A stretch of 64,000 nt of DNA from the human T2T-CHM13v2.0 reference genome, Homo sapiens: the NCBI RefSeq assembly GCF_009914755.1, contig NC_060938.1. One strand, 5' to 3'. Position numbers and translations under genes: made by a program. Every line of letters starts with the position of its first letter. Within the stretch, counting starts at the first letter, position 1. This document shows, piece by piece, positions 37,131 through 50,591 of the stretch. Below the pieces are notes generated by a model. The model saw nothing but the letters and a program-made list of their open reading frames with translations, had not been told where the DNA came from and ran no database searches.

Positions 37131-39650
37131 TTGTAGATGTGTGACAGTCATGCAGTATGCACTTCATATAGCTGTTTATTATTTAATTTTATGAGGGATG
37201 TTGACCAGCTGTGGTTTTAGAGAATTAAACTGGGCTTGGATTCATGCTAAAGGAAATAAACAAACTTATGGAGAAAAAGACATCACTATCTTTTCATGAT
37301 TCTCACTGGGAACATTGTTCTGCTAGAAGTGGAGAAAACAGGAGAGACAGAAGGAGAATCAGTCTCTTTAGGATATGTCTTGCCAAGAGGGCATGTTTCC
37401 TACCAGTTGGATGGAACCCTGTGGTGGTGGCGGTGGCTAGGCAGCTTCCTGGGAGCACTTCTTCCTGCCGTTCTCCTTACAACCCACCAGGAGCCTGTCC
37501 TGGCGGGCGCTTTAGAAGGCAGGACTGCCTTGGGATGCATTGGGTTTTTCCACCCACACTAGTTCCCGCCCTTTGGGGACAGGAAAAGGCAGTTGGGATC
37601 CAAATAGACTGATTACTCTCTTTTATGGAATTCCTCCAGATACAACAGTAATTCAGTTCACATTGCTCATCAACGTGCAGGCCACATGTCTCTGGATGGT
37701 CCCTGTATATTTGAACATTCTTCACTTGCTCTGATGTTTTCCCCAGCTTCCAGATGTTCTTGGGAGATTACAAAACAGACAAGAATAGAAATTGAAAATT
37801 TTGAAAGCATATTTTAGTCTCTATATAATATAAATTTAGCGTAAGTCAAGCTAAGAGATTAAACCTGATGTGCATAAGAGTATTTTCTTTGGATGCAAAT
37901 GTAGAGGAAAAACACACATTTGATGTTGGAAACAAAGTATGCTTATTTTCTGTTGGCCTTTGCCTTGAACCTAGTTCTGTAATGGGCACATAGCAGATAT
38001 TCAATACATCGTGTTAAATTAATGTCATTTAGCAAAGTGAATTTTATCCACAAACTTTTGTCATAATAAAAACATGATTCGGAGTTGTTATGTGGTCTGA
38101 TCCACGAAGAAGAGCTAAAATTACAATGCTGAGCTAAAAGTTGAAGTGAAATGTACCCAGTTAGAATCATGTAAGCAAACAGGGTTATTAGTACTAGTAG
38201 TACTTGAAAATGTGAGTGGAAGACTAAATGACAGAGATGTTTTGCATTGACTTTCATGTTTTCTCCTCAAGTCCAAGATACATTGCACTAAAGGTTGGAG
38301 TTCCAGTCATGTAGAGTGAAGACAGGTCTTCATATTAAACACAGCTAGAGCCTAAATGAGAAATAAGTTCCCTTTTCATTGAAACAACTGAACATTTTCT
38401 TTCTGAGTTTGCCAATTGTAGATGGTTGGTGGGCAAGAGAATGTATGCTTTGAACATTATTGGAGTTGTTGTGTGAGCATGAGAGAGACTCAACCTTGTC
38501 AATAGAATCAGTTTGTCCCCACTATCCTAGCCCGGATTATTACCTACTCTATTCTCAAGATGTAATCAAAAGAGAAGATACCTCTAGCACAAAGCCACGA
38601 CCATCTGTAGACAGATGATGCAGTGGCCTTTGAACTGGTGGTGACCAGAACAGTAGCCTCATGGGAATGAAAGTGTTTTTATAACACTGTGCCATATTAC
38701 CTCTGTTTTTTGAAAGACTTCAAGAATATATGTAAGACAGTTCTTATAAATTTTCATCATTTATGGGTGGTGTCCAAACATTTAGACATTTGGAGTTTAT
38801 CTTGTTGGTATGCATGCATTAATACCCAGGGACCTGCAGGAACCAAATTCTAGATGTGCATTTTTCACTCTTACGCTACTCTTAGAAATATTTTGAGCTT
38901 GTCATTGTCTGGCAGATGCAGGGAACATGGGCATGGAGAGTTCCGAATACTGATGCTGTGTTGGAACTTAGTAATTCCCTCAGGAAATGTTGGGTCCCTC
39001 CCAATCTCCTGCCATCTCTTTTACTGCCCTTAGCTAAGTCCATCACACCCCTTGCTATAATCCTGGGCAATCTCTATGCTGAGAAAACTCTTCTGACGCC
39101 ATTCGCGGGCTTTCGTCTGTGTTCTTCCTCGATCATACACTTGGCTGTAAAATAATATTTTACCATGAGGTGTCGCTGTCTAACACATAATGTAAGCAAT
39201 AAAGTAAAATAATTTCAATTTATTTTTAAAAATCACCTGATTGATACTGTAACACATTAAATATGTAGATTTTGAATTTTTTGCTTTAGATAAGAAATTC
39301 AGACAGAAAAAACTGGCAAATCTTCAGTTGGAATTTTTTAAGTAAATAAAATGTCGAAGTTTATTTTATTTACTGGAAAGATTGCTAAGGAAAATCCAAG
39401 TCTTTTAGGTTGTCATTCTGAGCAATCTCTGACTTATTTCAAATCTACATTTCCGAAACTGTTTCTTTTGATAAAGAAGAAATCTGTCTTTAAGTACACC
39501 ACACACCTTAGTCATATTGTGCTGTTTGTCACTGTTTGGATATTTGTATACTTTTCCATGCTATCTCATTTATTAGGAATATTCTTCCTTCACCCTCCAA
39601 TGTTATCTGTTTAAAACCTACTTACTTTTACAAAGAAGCTTGGATACTAA

Positions 39651-40019
<369 letters not shown>

Positions 40020-40646
40020 TAGATCTCTATGCCATTTTATTGTGCTTTTTATGCAGCATTTAGTAAAACACTAGCTCAAACAATATTCGTTCCTATTTTA
40101 TCATGAAAGTGATGATGAATGATTATGATGTAATGACCACAAAGCCTAGAACAGTGCTTAAAGGTTAGTAAATGTTAGTGATGTTAGTTAAGTAAGTGAA
40201 TTAATAATTTAAAACAACAGACAGAGGAAGATTGAATTCTAGTTGACTTTCGAAGCATTGCTAATTTACTGGGTGCTGGAGACTGGCCATACAATACTAA
40301 TTAAAGAGTAATGATCAATGACAGTATCTAAATATATAAAGAAATGCATTCTATGCCGTGCTGTAGGAAACCAATCAGAACAATTGATTTACTGTCCATG
40401 ATAATTGATGACATGAGAAAGTAAACAGGTCATCAAAGTGTTAGCAACTCTCTTTTGGGCTTCTAGCTTTTTAGCCCTGCTCTTCTGCACAAGTAAGAAC
40501 ACAGTTAGAAACATGATATATACCCTGTCTGTATTCAAGTCAGGAAAAGTGTTCCCTTTATCCATCATATTGGTGATAAAAATAATGTGGTACCGACAAT
40601 ACTGAAAGGGGAGAACAGAAAGTCTATCAAGGTAAAAATTAAGGAG

Positions 40647-40833
40647 ATTGGAGTTTGAACTCACTCTTTAGTAACTCAGTCTATTAAAGAGAGATGAAGA
40701 TCAGACTTATTGGAGTTTGAACTCACTCTTTAGTAACTCAGTCTATTAAAGAGAGATGAAGATCAGACTTATTGGAGTTCAAACTCATTCTTTAGTAACT
40801 CAGTCTATTAAAGAGAGATGAAGATTAGACTTA
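40647..40833. repeat. Tandem repeat, 62 bp x 3
   Basis: Units start at 40647, 40709 and 40771; units 1 and 2 are identical, unit 3 differs at 4 positions. Confidence 0.97.
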
Positions 40834-42019
40834 CTTTTTTCTATCACTATTGGTCTTTGTGATTATTACTGGTAAGCTTGTTTGCCACCCTACTTAGCGC
40901 TCGAATGGAAATGGGCTATTTCAGTTACAACCCTCAGAAAAATCCCCTCCAAAGGTTGGTAAGCTGTCCCAGCAAGCAGAGATTCTACAAATCCTGATAG
41001 TCCCAAACACTCCATCCAGAACTAGCTGCCTATACTCATTGAAACCTATCCCCAAAATTCTGGTGCAGTATTGAGTCAACTGGCTATTATTTTAATTTTT
41101 AAAGTTATAGGAAATCATTTATAGAAATTAGAGCAGCTATACATTTTGTTTGATCAAATTACCCAGGACAGACCAAAATTTATGCATACTTTTGATGTAT
41201 TTTCATCTTCTTTTAATGCTCTTCCACATTAAAGATTCTACTAAAAATAACTTAAAACAACCTTACAAAATCTAAAACACATACAAAGATTTCTAATGTG
41301 TGGTGATGACCAACCAGTGACATCTGATTCACCCTCTAACCTTTGCATTAAGATACTCACAAAAGTACATGGAGTTGCAGAGGCATAGTGTCATGGAAAA
41401 TGTAAAAATACTTTTTTGACTTAGCAACATCTTGGGGAATTGCTTCTAACTGTCATGTGGTTGATCAGGAACCTTGATCTACGTATTACCAACAAGGAAA
41501 TAGTGGGAAAAGGTAACCACCCATCCCTTTTGCTGTGTCCTATCTTAACTAACTGCTAGAATTTAGAAAAGTCTTCCCCATACTGCCCCACGATCACTTT
41601 CTAATGTGTTGAAAGCTATTCCTTTTCCCTAGTCAGAACCTGGAGAAAATCTATAGAATGCATGTAAACTATTAGCTTGGGGCGCTTTTTGTGCCTCAGT
41701 GTTTGAGTACCAGTATGCCAGATAGGAAGAGTGAGAGGCAGGTTTACAAGGCAAATGGAACCAAGAAGGTGTTTCAAGCTTCTGGGCTCCTCAGAGAGGA
41801 TTTTGCAAAGAAGTTAGTGAGGAGTTTTCTCTGAATTGGACTGTGAGACAGGTATAAGTTCCTTTCCCATTTGGGGTGGGTCGCGGGGGGTGGGGGCTGT
41901 CACCTTCTAACCCTGCATCTAGAGAGGGAGGTTCAAGGGAACTGCACAAGTTGTTTGAAATGTGTTCTTTGTAGCTGGAAGACAGGGAGGACTGTGTCAC
42001 AGGCATATCTGAGGAAGCT

Positions 42020-42540
42020 AAAGTGATTGCAAACCAAGATATCAGAGAGTAATATGAGTTTATGATTTTAAATATATGTGTACACACAGTTGGACAGATA
42101 CAGAAATAAATTTAGATGTGTGAGTACACACACACACACACACACACATTATTTAGCTATGTATTTAGTGAGGGCCTAGAGCCAATTATTCCCTAGTAGC
42201 AATGAGCACAGCAAGGACCTAGATCTTGGTTTCTAAGTACCATTATCCATTACAAATGGAACAGGGCTCTTTGGAGAAATCATTGTGTTCAGGTCTAGAG
42301 CAGGAAAAATACAGAAAGCATGAAACATCTTATGGCACTAAAAGCAAATGAAGCATGAAAAAGACAAGGATATGCCACAAGGATCTCCCAATGGACAAAT
42401 CTAAGGGACTTTAACCAACAAAATATATAATGAGAATAATGGATTATAACCCATATAGAATAAGATAAAAACTCATGCATCCATACTTATATAAAGAAAT
42501 AAATGAGGTAGAGGAGACTGCTCTTTATTGCTGTAGAAAT
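42020..42540 (+). mobile_element. L1MC3/4-like 3' region containing (CA)n at 42126-42148
   Basis: gagggcctaga...cctagtagcaatgagcac...agatcttggtttctaagtaccatt. Confidence 0.7.
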
Positions 42541-42544
42541 GTAA

Positions 42545-43385
42545 TTAGTAAGAGAATGGAAAGGTAAGCCATAGAGTAGAAGAAGGTATTTTGCAATACA
42601 TATATCTGATGACGGATTAATGCCCATAATATATAAAGAACTTCTACAAATCAATGAGAAAAAGACAAACAACCTAATAAAAAATAGGAAAGTCCTTGAA
42701 CAGACACTTCACAGAAGAGGATATTTAAAAGGCCAATAAGCACGTGAAACAGGAAAATATCACTAGACACCTACAAGAATGGATACATTTTAAAAAATTG
42801 ACAATACTAAAAGTTCGGATTTGGAGCAAGTGAAGCTTTCATGCACTGCTTAGAAAACTGTTTGGCAAAAGCTGCCAGAGTTGTATATAAACATACTTTA
42901 AAACTCAGTATATATGCGCCAAAAGACACGTTTATAGCTCCAAACTGAACACAAACCAAATGTATACCAACAGGAAGAAAGGTAAATAAATTGTGACATA
43001 TTCATAGAGTGAAATACTATAGAGCAATGAGAATGAACATTTCTGGCCGTTTATAACATGAACGGATCTCAAAAACATAATCTGGAACAAAGGAAGCTAG
43101 ACACAAAAGGATACATAAAATATAATTCCATTTATATAACGTTCAAAAATAGGTAAAACTAATCTGTGGTGATATAAGGCAGAGTAGTAATTACTTTTGA
43201 GAACAATAAATTATTGGAAAGAGGCACAAAGAGGGTGGCTGAAGTGCTGATAATGTTTTAGTTTTCATCTTATTGTTGGGTACAAGGATACTACGTAAAA
43301 ATTCAAGGTGCATATTTAAGATTTGTAAACTTTTCTCTGTATATTATATTTCAATTTAAAAGTTTACATTAAATAGGAAAAAACA
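42545..43385 (+). mobile_element. L1ME-like 3' ORF2/3'UTR
   Basis: aaggtattttgcaatacatatatctga...gaacagacacttcacagaagaggatatt...aattccatttatataacgttcaaaaataggtaaaactaatctgtgg. Confidence 0.75.
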
Positions 43386-43849
43386 AAACACCAAACCAAA
43401 GGAATAGTGTGGGACTGTTGTCTTTTTAGTACATCATAAATCATGCTTGTTCAATATACAGGTTTTTTATACTTACACATAGATGCACAGACACACAGAT
43501 AGATCTAGATTCTATCTGTCACATATCTATCTACCTAGATCTATAGATATACCAATATTAATATAGCTATATTGATATACAGAACTATCTATAGATCTAT
43601 CTATTTATCTATCTAGAGAAATACTCTGGGTGCACATAAAAAGACGTGTATAGGATCGTTATCTAGAGATCAATGCAATTTCTAGTAACGGTCTGACATT
43701 AAGACCAGGTCTCATGAAGTCTCTCAGACAAACATCTAGAGGGGCTATGTTCATCCATATTCAGTCAAAGGCTTGAGACAGGGACACTGGGTAGGAGTAA
43801 AGGGATGACTGCTTTTCCTATCTGGCAATCACCAGATGTGGTTAAAATT

Positions 43850-44540
43850 TCTCCTTGTTCAAAGATGCATAAACAAGGAAAAAAACACCAAATGAAATCC
43901 TTTAAAAAGCTCCATATAACATAAAAGTAGGGACCCACTGCTACAAAGTACTGTTAAAAAATATGTGTGAAAGTTCATCATGGTAAAAGAAGGAAATTAA
44001 GAATGCACCTGCTTTGAGTTATTAAAAGATAAAAAGGTTATCTGTAAAAGAGTATTTAAAAAGGAAGCTGATAAAGATAAAAAAAACTGCCAATATTAAG
44101 AAAAGAAGTCATAGAAATTAAACTCCATTGCGGAATGAAGATCCACACTGGGGACAGTTAGGGCAGAATGTTTTATATAATGAAGGAAAAAATATAAGAA
44201 ATAAGATGATAGATATGGGAAATAGAATATGAAGCTATGAATAATTGGCAGCCTTGAGAATGAAACTGAATGAATAGACTAGAAATTATAATTAAATTAA
44301 TAATTAAAGACATATAAAGAAAAGTTTCTGAAATCTGAAAAAATACCCGACTACAGACTGAGGAAAATGTTCCAGGCAAAATGAATAAAATGAGGAGCAG
44401 CATATGCTGGTGAAAATGTGATTTTCCAGTATAAAAACAATTGAAAGTTTTCAAGCAAGAAGGAAAAAAAAAAAAAGCAGCTTACTTGTAAGGGCATAAA
44501 ATTTAGATTGGTCCTAAAGGACCACAGAACACTGATGCCA
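43850..44540 (+). mobile_element. Ancient L1M ORF1-region remnant
   Basis: A-rich; aagaaaagtttctgaaatctgaaa...ataaaatttagattggtc. Confidence 0.45.
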
Positions 44541-44754
44541 GACTTGTGTGTAGTGTGAAGCCCAAGTAATTGTTATAAATTGGTACCCAAATGAAGTAGA
44601 AGAATAAAAAATAAAAGAGAGGACAGGATGAGAAACAATTCAATTATATTTTAGGTGCATATTCTCAGGTTGTACTGGCAAGGATTGGAAAGTAAAAGGA
44701 TGTTAAACAAATGCTTATACTACTATTGGGCTTTATAATTAATGTAAGTTCAAA

Positions 44755-45085
44755 TTTGAAAAAAGATTATATCTATTAAAAACTAGCTCTACACTGTCCA
44801 AATCACTGAAAAAAATAAGTATATATAATATGACTGAACTTATTGGATATATATTATAGACTGAAAGTCAATTCAGCAAAATGCTGAATTTGAAAGTTTA
44901 CATAATAGGAAAATATTTATTTTCCTTTTTAGAAAAAAATAAGCAAATATGATTTTGAAAAAGCTTGATTATATTCATTAAAAACTAGTCATACACTGTC
45001 CAAATCACTGAATACAATGAGTATATAGATGTGACTGAACTTATTTTATACATATTATAGACTGAAAATCAATTCAGCAAAAATG
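44755..45085. repeat. Diverged direct duplication of ~130 bp (44755-44883 and 44954-45085)
   Basis: Shared blocks attaaaaactag, tacactgtccaaatcactgaa, tgactgaacttatt, atattatagactgaaa, tcaattcagcaaaa. Confidence 0.93.
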
Positions 45086-48000
45086 ATATAGAGGTTACCT
45101 CTAGTTACTGAGACCATGGTTGATTTAATATTCTTCCTATGTTTTTATATTTAATAAACAGGAAAAAGATTAAAGATGCAAATCTATGAAAATAAAAATT
45201 TAAGCAATGTTTTCTGTTCATAAAGGAAAAAGGCAGAATCAGGCTACTGTTTAAATATTCACCTAGGTCTGTTTTCTTATTGCATCTGTGAATAATTATG
45301 GACATCAAATAGGAACAAGGCAGGAGAATATCTGAATCTATTTCAAGGTCCTAACAATATTGACAGTGCTTCAATTTTGTCTCTTCTTTATGAAGCCATA
45401 AAGCCTTTTTAGGGCTACTAGAGCTGCCACATGTAATCCTAAAGGATGTATCATTCTCCACCTTTACAAAGCTGGGCCCATTATCTCAAGTAGAGGATCG
45501 TTAGTGATCAGTCTCTTAACTGCATTGGATTGCAAGGGTGATATGTAAGAGATTCAAGTAAAGATAGACTATAGTAGCCAGAGTTTTAATTCCAAACTTA
45601 AATTTAGTCACCCTGTGAGCTGAGCTGTATACCACAGTATGTCACCCAGTATTTTTGGTCTACAGTAGCCAGACCTAAGTGGTTGAGACAAACAATAACA
45701 AACACTAACAACCACAATGACCACTACAAAACAGCCATAGAGTCTTCTTTGGTGTCTGCTCCTAAGCCCTCATACTAGTATCAGCTGTCTGGATTTCACC
45801 AGTCTGTGGTGAGAAGAGGAAAGACAACCCAAGTAGACTGTACCAAAGTCAGAGAAGAGAACAGTTTGCTACAAGGCCTAGAGAAATGCTAGTCTAAGGC
45901 ACCCACATCTGGGCCTTCCCAGGATGGGGACCTCCCCATTGGGAGGCAGCCCAAGGTCCATTTTGTTGCAGCAGTTGCAACATGAGAAAAAACAAAAATG
46001 ATACATAATAACTTCAAGATAACAAATGCAAAACAATGTCTCCATGATCTGGAAGCCAGAGTTTTAACTTTCCATCTTCACCAAGAACTCAATTGTGGCT
46101 CAGTATTGCTTTAGACTTGACCTGTTCTTTAAATATGCTACCCTCTGAAGTATAGGAATTACATAAAAATAAAGAACCCAGATGAATAAGTTATTTGAAT
46201 GATAAACAACTGGTAGACAGGGTAACTCAGTGCTAATGCCAGCCCGAGATTTGGCAATGTTGGGAGTCTGCACATGATCACTTTGCTTATTTCAAGTTAA
46301 ATGAAGATATAATTTAGCCTTCCTAGTTAAACAGCTTACTTTTCACATACATCCCACTTTAAGACAACTTCCAACCTCAGGTCCCCCCACCTTTCTACCC
46401 CATGGCTGCACACAACATGGCTAACAAGCCGCAGTTTCAGTGGGCCTCAGACAACATAGATGTAAGGAGAATTTGAAGTTATACCTGGTGGAGCATTCTG
46501 AAAGATGGTGATTTCCTTTTCTTTCACTCTCAACTCCAACCTATTTGCATTTGCTGAGCCATATGGTTGGTGGGACTGATGGGTAGCTAAATCCGAGTGT
46601 GGCCCTAGGCAAGGTGGGAATTCTGGTGAGGAGGGCTGGTGGAGACTTTCTTCTCTGTGCGCTGGGTAAGAACTTGGCAAGCAGCACTAGAGACCCTTGG
46701 GGTGAAGACAGAGGTTCTTGGAAAGAGCTTGTTTTATACAGATGTATGCTCACTACACCTTGCAGGGATCGACAGTGACTTTATATAAATATATTAGATT
46801 TTCTAACCCCTATAGGCCAAAAATCAGCTGAATATGTGTGGATTGAGTCCTTCTCATAAGGGGCAGAGAGACTGTCAGATGTTATCTTCAATGAGTCAAC
46901 AACAATAACAATAATAAAAAGACAACTTACCTAAAAGACTCAGTAGAAGAAAGGTGAGTAGTCAGTACAAATAGGACACATACTTGGTAAAATAGGGTTG
47001 CAGGAGGAGATGGAATACAACTGAAGCAAAAGACATAATCAGAGCATTTAAGGAGATTTAAATATAACCAAATAAGAGTTTCTGTAATCAAAGATTATCC
47101 TAGTGATTTCGCTGGCTGATTTGGAAAGGAAGGTCACTTTTGAAATAGAAATTTGTGAAAACATATCAAAAGATGGAAGTCATTATGGAGAAGATAAGAT
47201 TAGCTCCATAAGACTCACTATACTCATTGTAGGAATTCCAAAAATAGAGAGGAACGGGAGAAGGAATGTCAGTAATTAAACAATAGCAAGAAATGTCTGT
47301 GATTTGAAGGAAGCTCTGAAGATCTAAATCTACACACAGAAAGGGCTCACAGATTCCAGTAGGGTGCATTAATAGAGACATACTGAGGCAGGTAAAAACT
47401 CTTGAGCTCTGTCAGGACAAAAATTATCCAAAAGTTTGAAATTGATAAAAGAGATTGTTCAGTGCTATTTCCCATGCAGGTCTGGGCTTGACTTTTTATT
47501 GACTGAACTGTTTAAAGTGTGTGGTGGCAGAAGCCTGCAGTGGTAGAGGTTAATGTCTAGATTTTTGTGCTCTAGAGATGAAAATAATTTCTGTTTAGTG
47601 GAACAAAAGGATACAGCTCATGGCCCTAAGACACTAAAAAGTTTTGTATTTAACCTAGTGATTTTATCTTATCATTCCTTTATCAAATTACCTGTATATA
47701 CTTACCTTCTTTAATCGTCTTTGAACCTTTTGTTAACATTTTACTGGTTTCCTCATTTTTTAATGAGGTAAAATTATTGGCAAACATTCATTTTATATTG
47801 AATGAGAATCATGGTGTTGTCTTTTTGAAAATGACTTTTTTAAGTTTTGGAGAGAAATCACTAGAACACCCAAGCGCACTCAAGAGGGTGCTGTATTTCT
47901 GGATAAGTGTAGCTCGTGGGCTGTGTATGCTCAAGTTCGTCTTTTCTTGCCCCTTAAAGTAGATCCTCAGCAGCAACTAAAGTTTGCCAATGCTCTGTTC

Positions 48001-49119
48001 CTCTATTATTTTTTTCCTCTCTCTTTATATTGATTTTGTGCTTTTGCTTTTTCTGGTTCCTGAATGGGCAGTAGTCATTCCCCATTGGTGGCAGCAATGA
48101 TTGGGAATTGTGTTTTATGGTCTGACCACTGGTGATCTCTGTCCAATGGATGATGGAGATCTAGTCTCTGAAGGGTGAGAGATGACAGGATTTGATTTGT
48201 TAATCTTTTTCTGTTTGCCTATTTGTGAACTCTAATCGATTGAAAAATACTCTGTGACCATTATGGAAGGGCAACAGCTCTTGCGATCTAGACTAGTGAG
48301 TTTTTATGTTTCTGGTCTTACTTTGGACCTGCAGCTGAAGTTGTATACTTGGGCTAAAAATTATTTGTTTGTAATTCCAAAAAGCCTTTACCTCTTGTGT
48401 ATGAATGGGCAGCATTTTCTTACTTCTGGAGAGTATTTAAAAATTAGGTCTAATGTCCATTAAATTAAAGGAGATCTGTTCTGATTGCTTTTTCAAGATA
48501 AACAAGTCCTTATATAAATCAAGTATTCCAAGAATTCACAAAAACCCCGAATCTTTAATACTTTAAATGTGTGAAAGCAATTCTTCTTACAGAAACTTGT
48601 ATCACAGAAATATTTTAAGAATCCAGGCTCACAAAATTAAGGGAATGTTTGGATGAATTAGACTGCTTCTATAATTTTCTGTGATTTACTAGCGTTCAGT
48701 ATAGCATAGCCATCTTTTTAGTTTCCTTTGTAAACATGATTTAAGTATGTTTCTCATAAGGAGATTAGTTAATATATGAACATTCTAAACTTCTTACATT
48801 GTCTTACAGATCAAATAAACATTATAGTTATATAACGCTCAAGATGATAAAACTGTAAATTTGTCTTCATAATTCTGACATTTTTACAGCAGTAGTTATG
48901 TTCTGTAGTGTGTCAATTTGAACATAATTTTCAAAATTCTTAGGTAACTTAAAACTTTGGAATTTTATAAATTATGTTAATTAAAGTATAATCAGTAGAT
49001 ACCAAGATAATTCATATATAGTATTGGTACTGAAATGTTGATTACTATACATAATTTCAAGTTCATATAATTTCGCATCTAACTGTGATACACTATATAG
49101 TGGGTATATCTTTGGGCTA

Positions 49120-49563
49120 TGATATGGTTTGGATGTTTTGTCTCCTTCAAATCTCATGTTGAAATGTGATCCCCACTGTTGGAGGTGGGGCCTGGTGGGA
49201 GGTGTTAGAATCATGAGGGTGGATCCTTTATGAATGGCTTGGTGCCATCCTCCTGGTAATGAGTTCTTGTTCTATGACTTTATGTGAGAACTGGTTGTTT
49301 AGAAGAGCCTGGCACCTCCCACTCCCTGTCTTCTTCCTTTCTTGTTTGCTCCCCCTCTCTCTTGCTCCCTGTCTCACCATGTGACATGCTGGTTCCCCTT
49401 CGCCTTCCGCCATGATTGGAAACTTCCTGAGGCTTTCACCAGAAGCAGATGCTGGCACCACACTTCCTGTACAGCCTGCAGAACCATGAGCCAAAATACC
49501 TCTTTTCTTTATAAATTACCCAGCCTCAGGTATTCTGTTATAGCAACACAAACAGACTAAACA
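49120..49563 (+). mobile_element. MSTB-type MaLR solo LTR
   Basis: tgatatggtttggatg...caaatctcatgttgaaatgtgatcccc...acagactaaaca; 5-bp TSD ggcta/ggata. Confidence 0.92.
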
Positions 49564-50250
49564 GGATATTCAGAATAATACAGAAATGAATATTTTATTT
49601 TTGCTACTTTGTGAGGGCGTAAAGTGATATGTGTAGCAGGAGAAATTTTTGTTATCAGTATTCATTAGTTTTATTGTACTGGTAAAATTCCTAATTATGA
49701 TGTATTTGTCAACTTTCTAGTTTCTAGTTTGTGCTGTGAAATAGAAATTATAGTTTTAGTTAAAAGTTGAATTAATGTGACTGGTTGAGACTATACTAGG
49801 AGCCATAGAGAGGAAATACAAGTGGGTATGTGCTTTTGTTTTTCAAGGAAAAAGGGGAATGATTTTCTCCTATATTAGTGTCAGTTTGTTCCAGAAAATG
49901 AGAGCACAGTGAAGGACAAAATCTGATTCTGTATAGCAAGTTATAGAGGGTTTGAAGGATATGAATTTTATTTGCCTTGAATTATAATAACTGAAATGGA
50001 AAAGAAGCTATAAAATATATTAAAATTTTGGCAGTTTGGTTTTGATAGGTTTATTCACCAGATAATGTAAGGAATGAAAAAGGGCTTGTGAATCTTTTAC
50101 TGCCAAATATATTAATTAAAAACTAGAATTCATCTTTCTCTCTGTTAAAAATGATAATCTTAGAACTTTTAGTAAGGTATATAAAATGTTATTCTGCACC
50201 CTCTGTGAAATCTATTCCTATAGCAGAGACTCCATATCTCATCAGAATAA

Positions 50251-50591
<341 letters not shown>

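Noticed and set aside
40647-40833. CRISPR-like array (palindrome-containing repeats)
   Set aside because: Units are contiguous with no unique spacers, there are no cas genes, and the DNA is primate.
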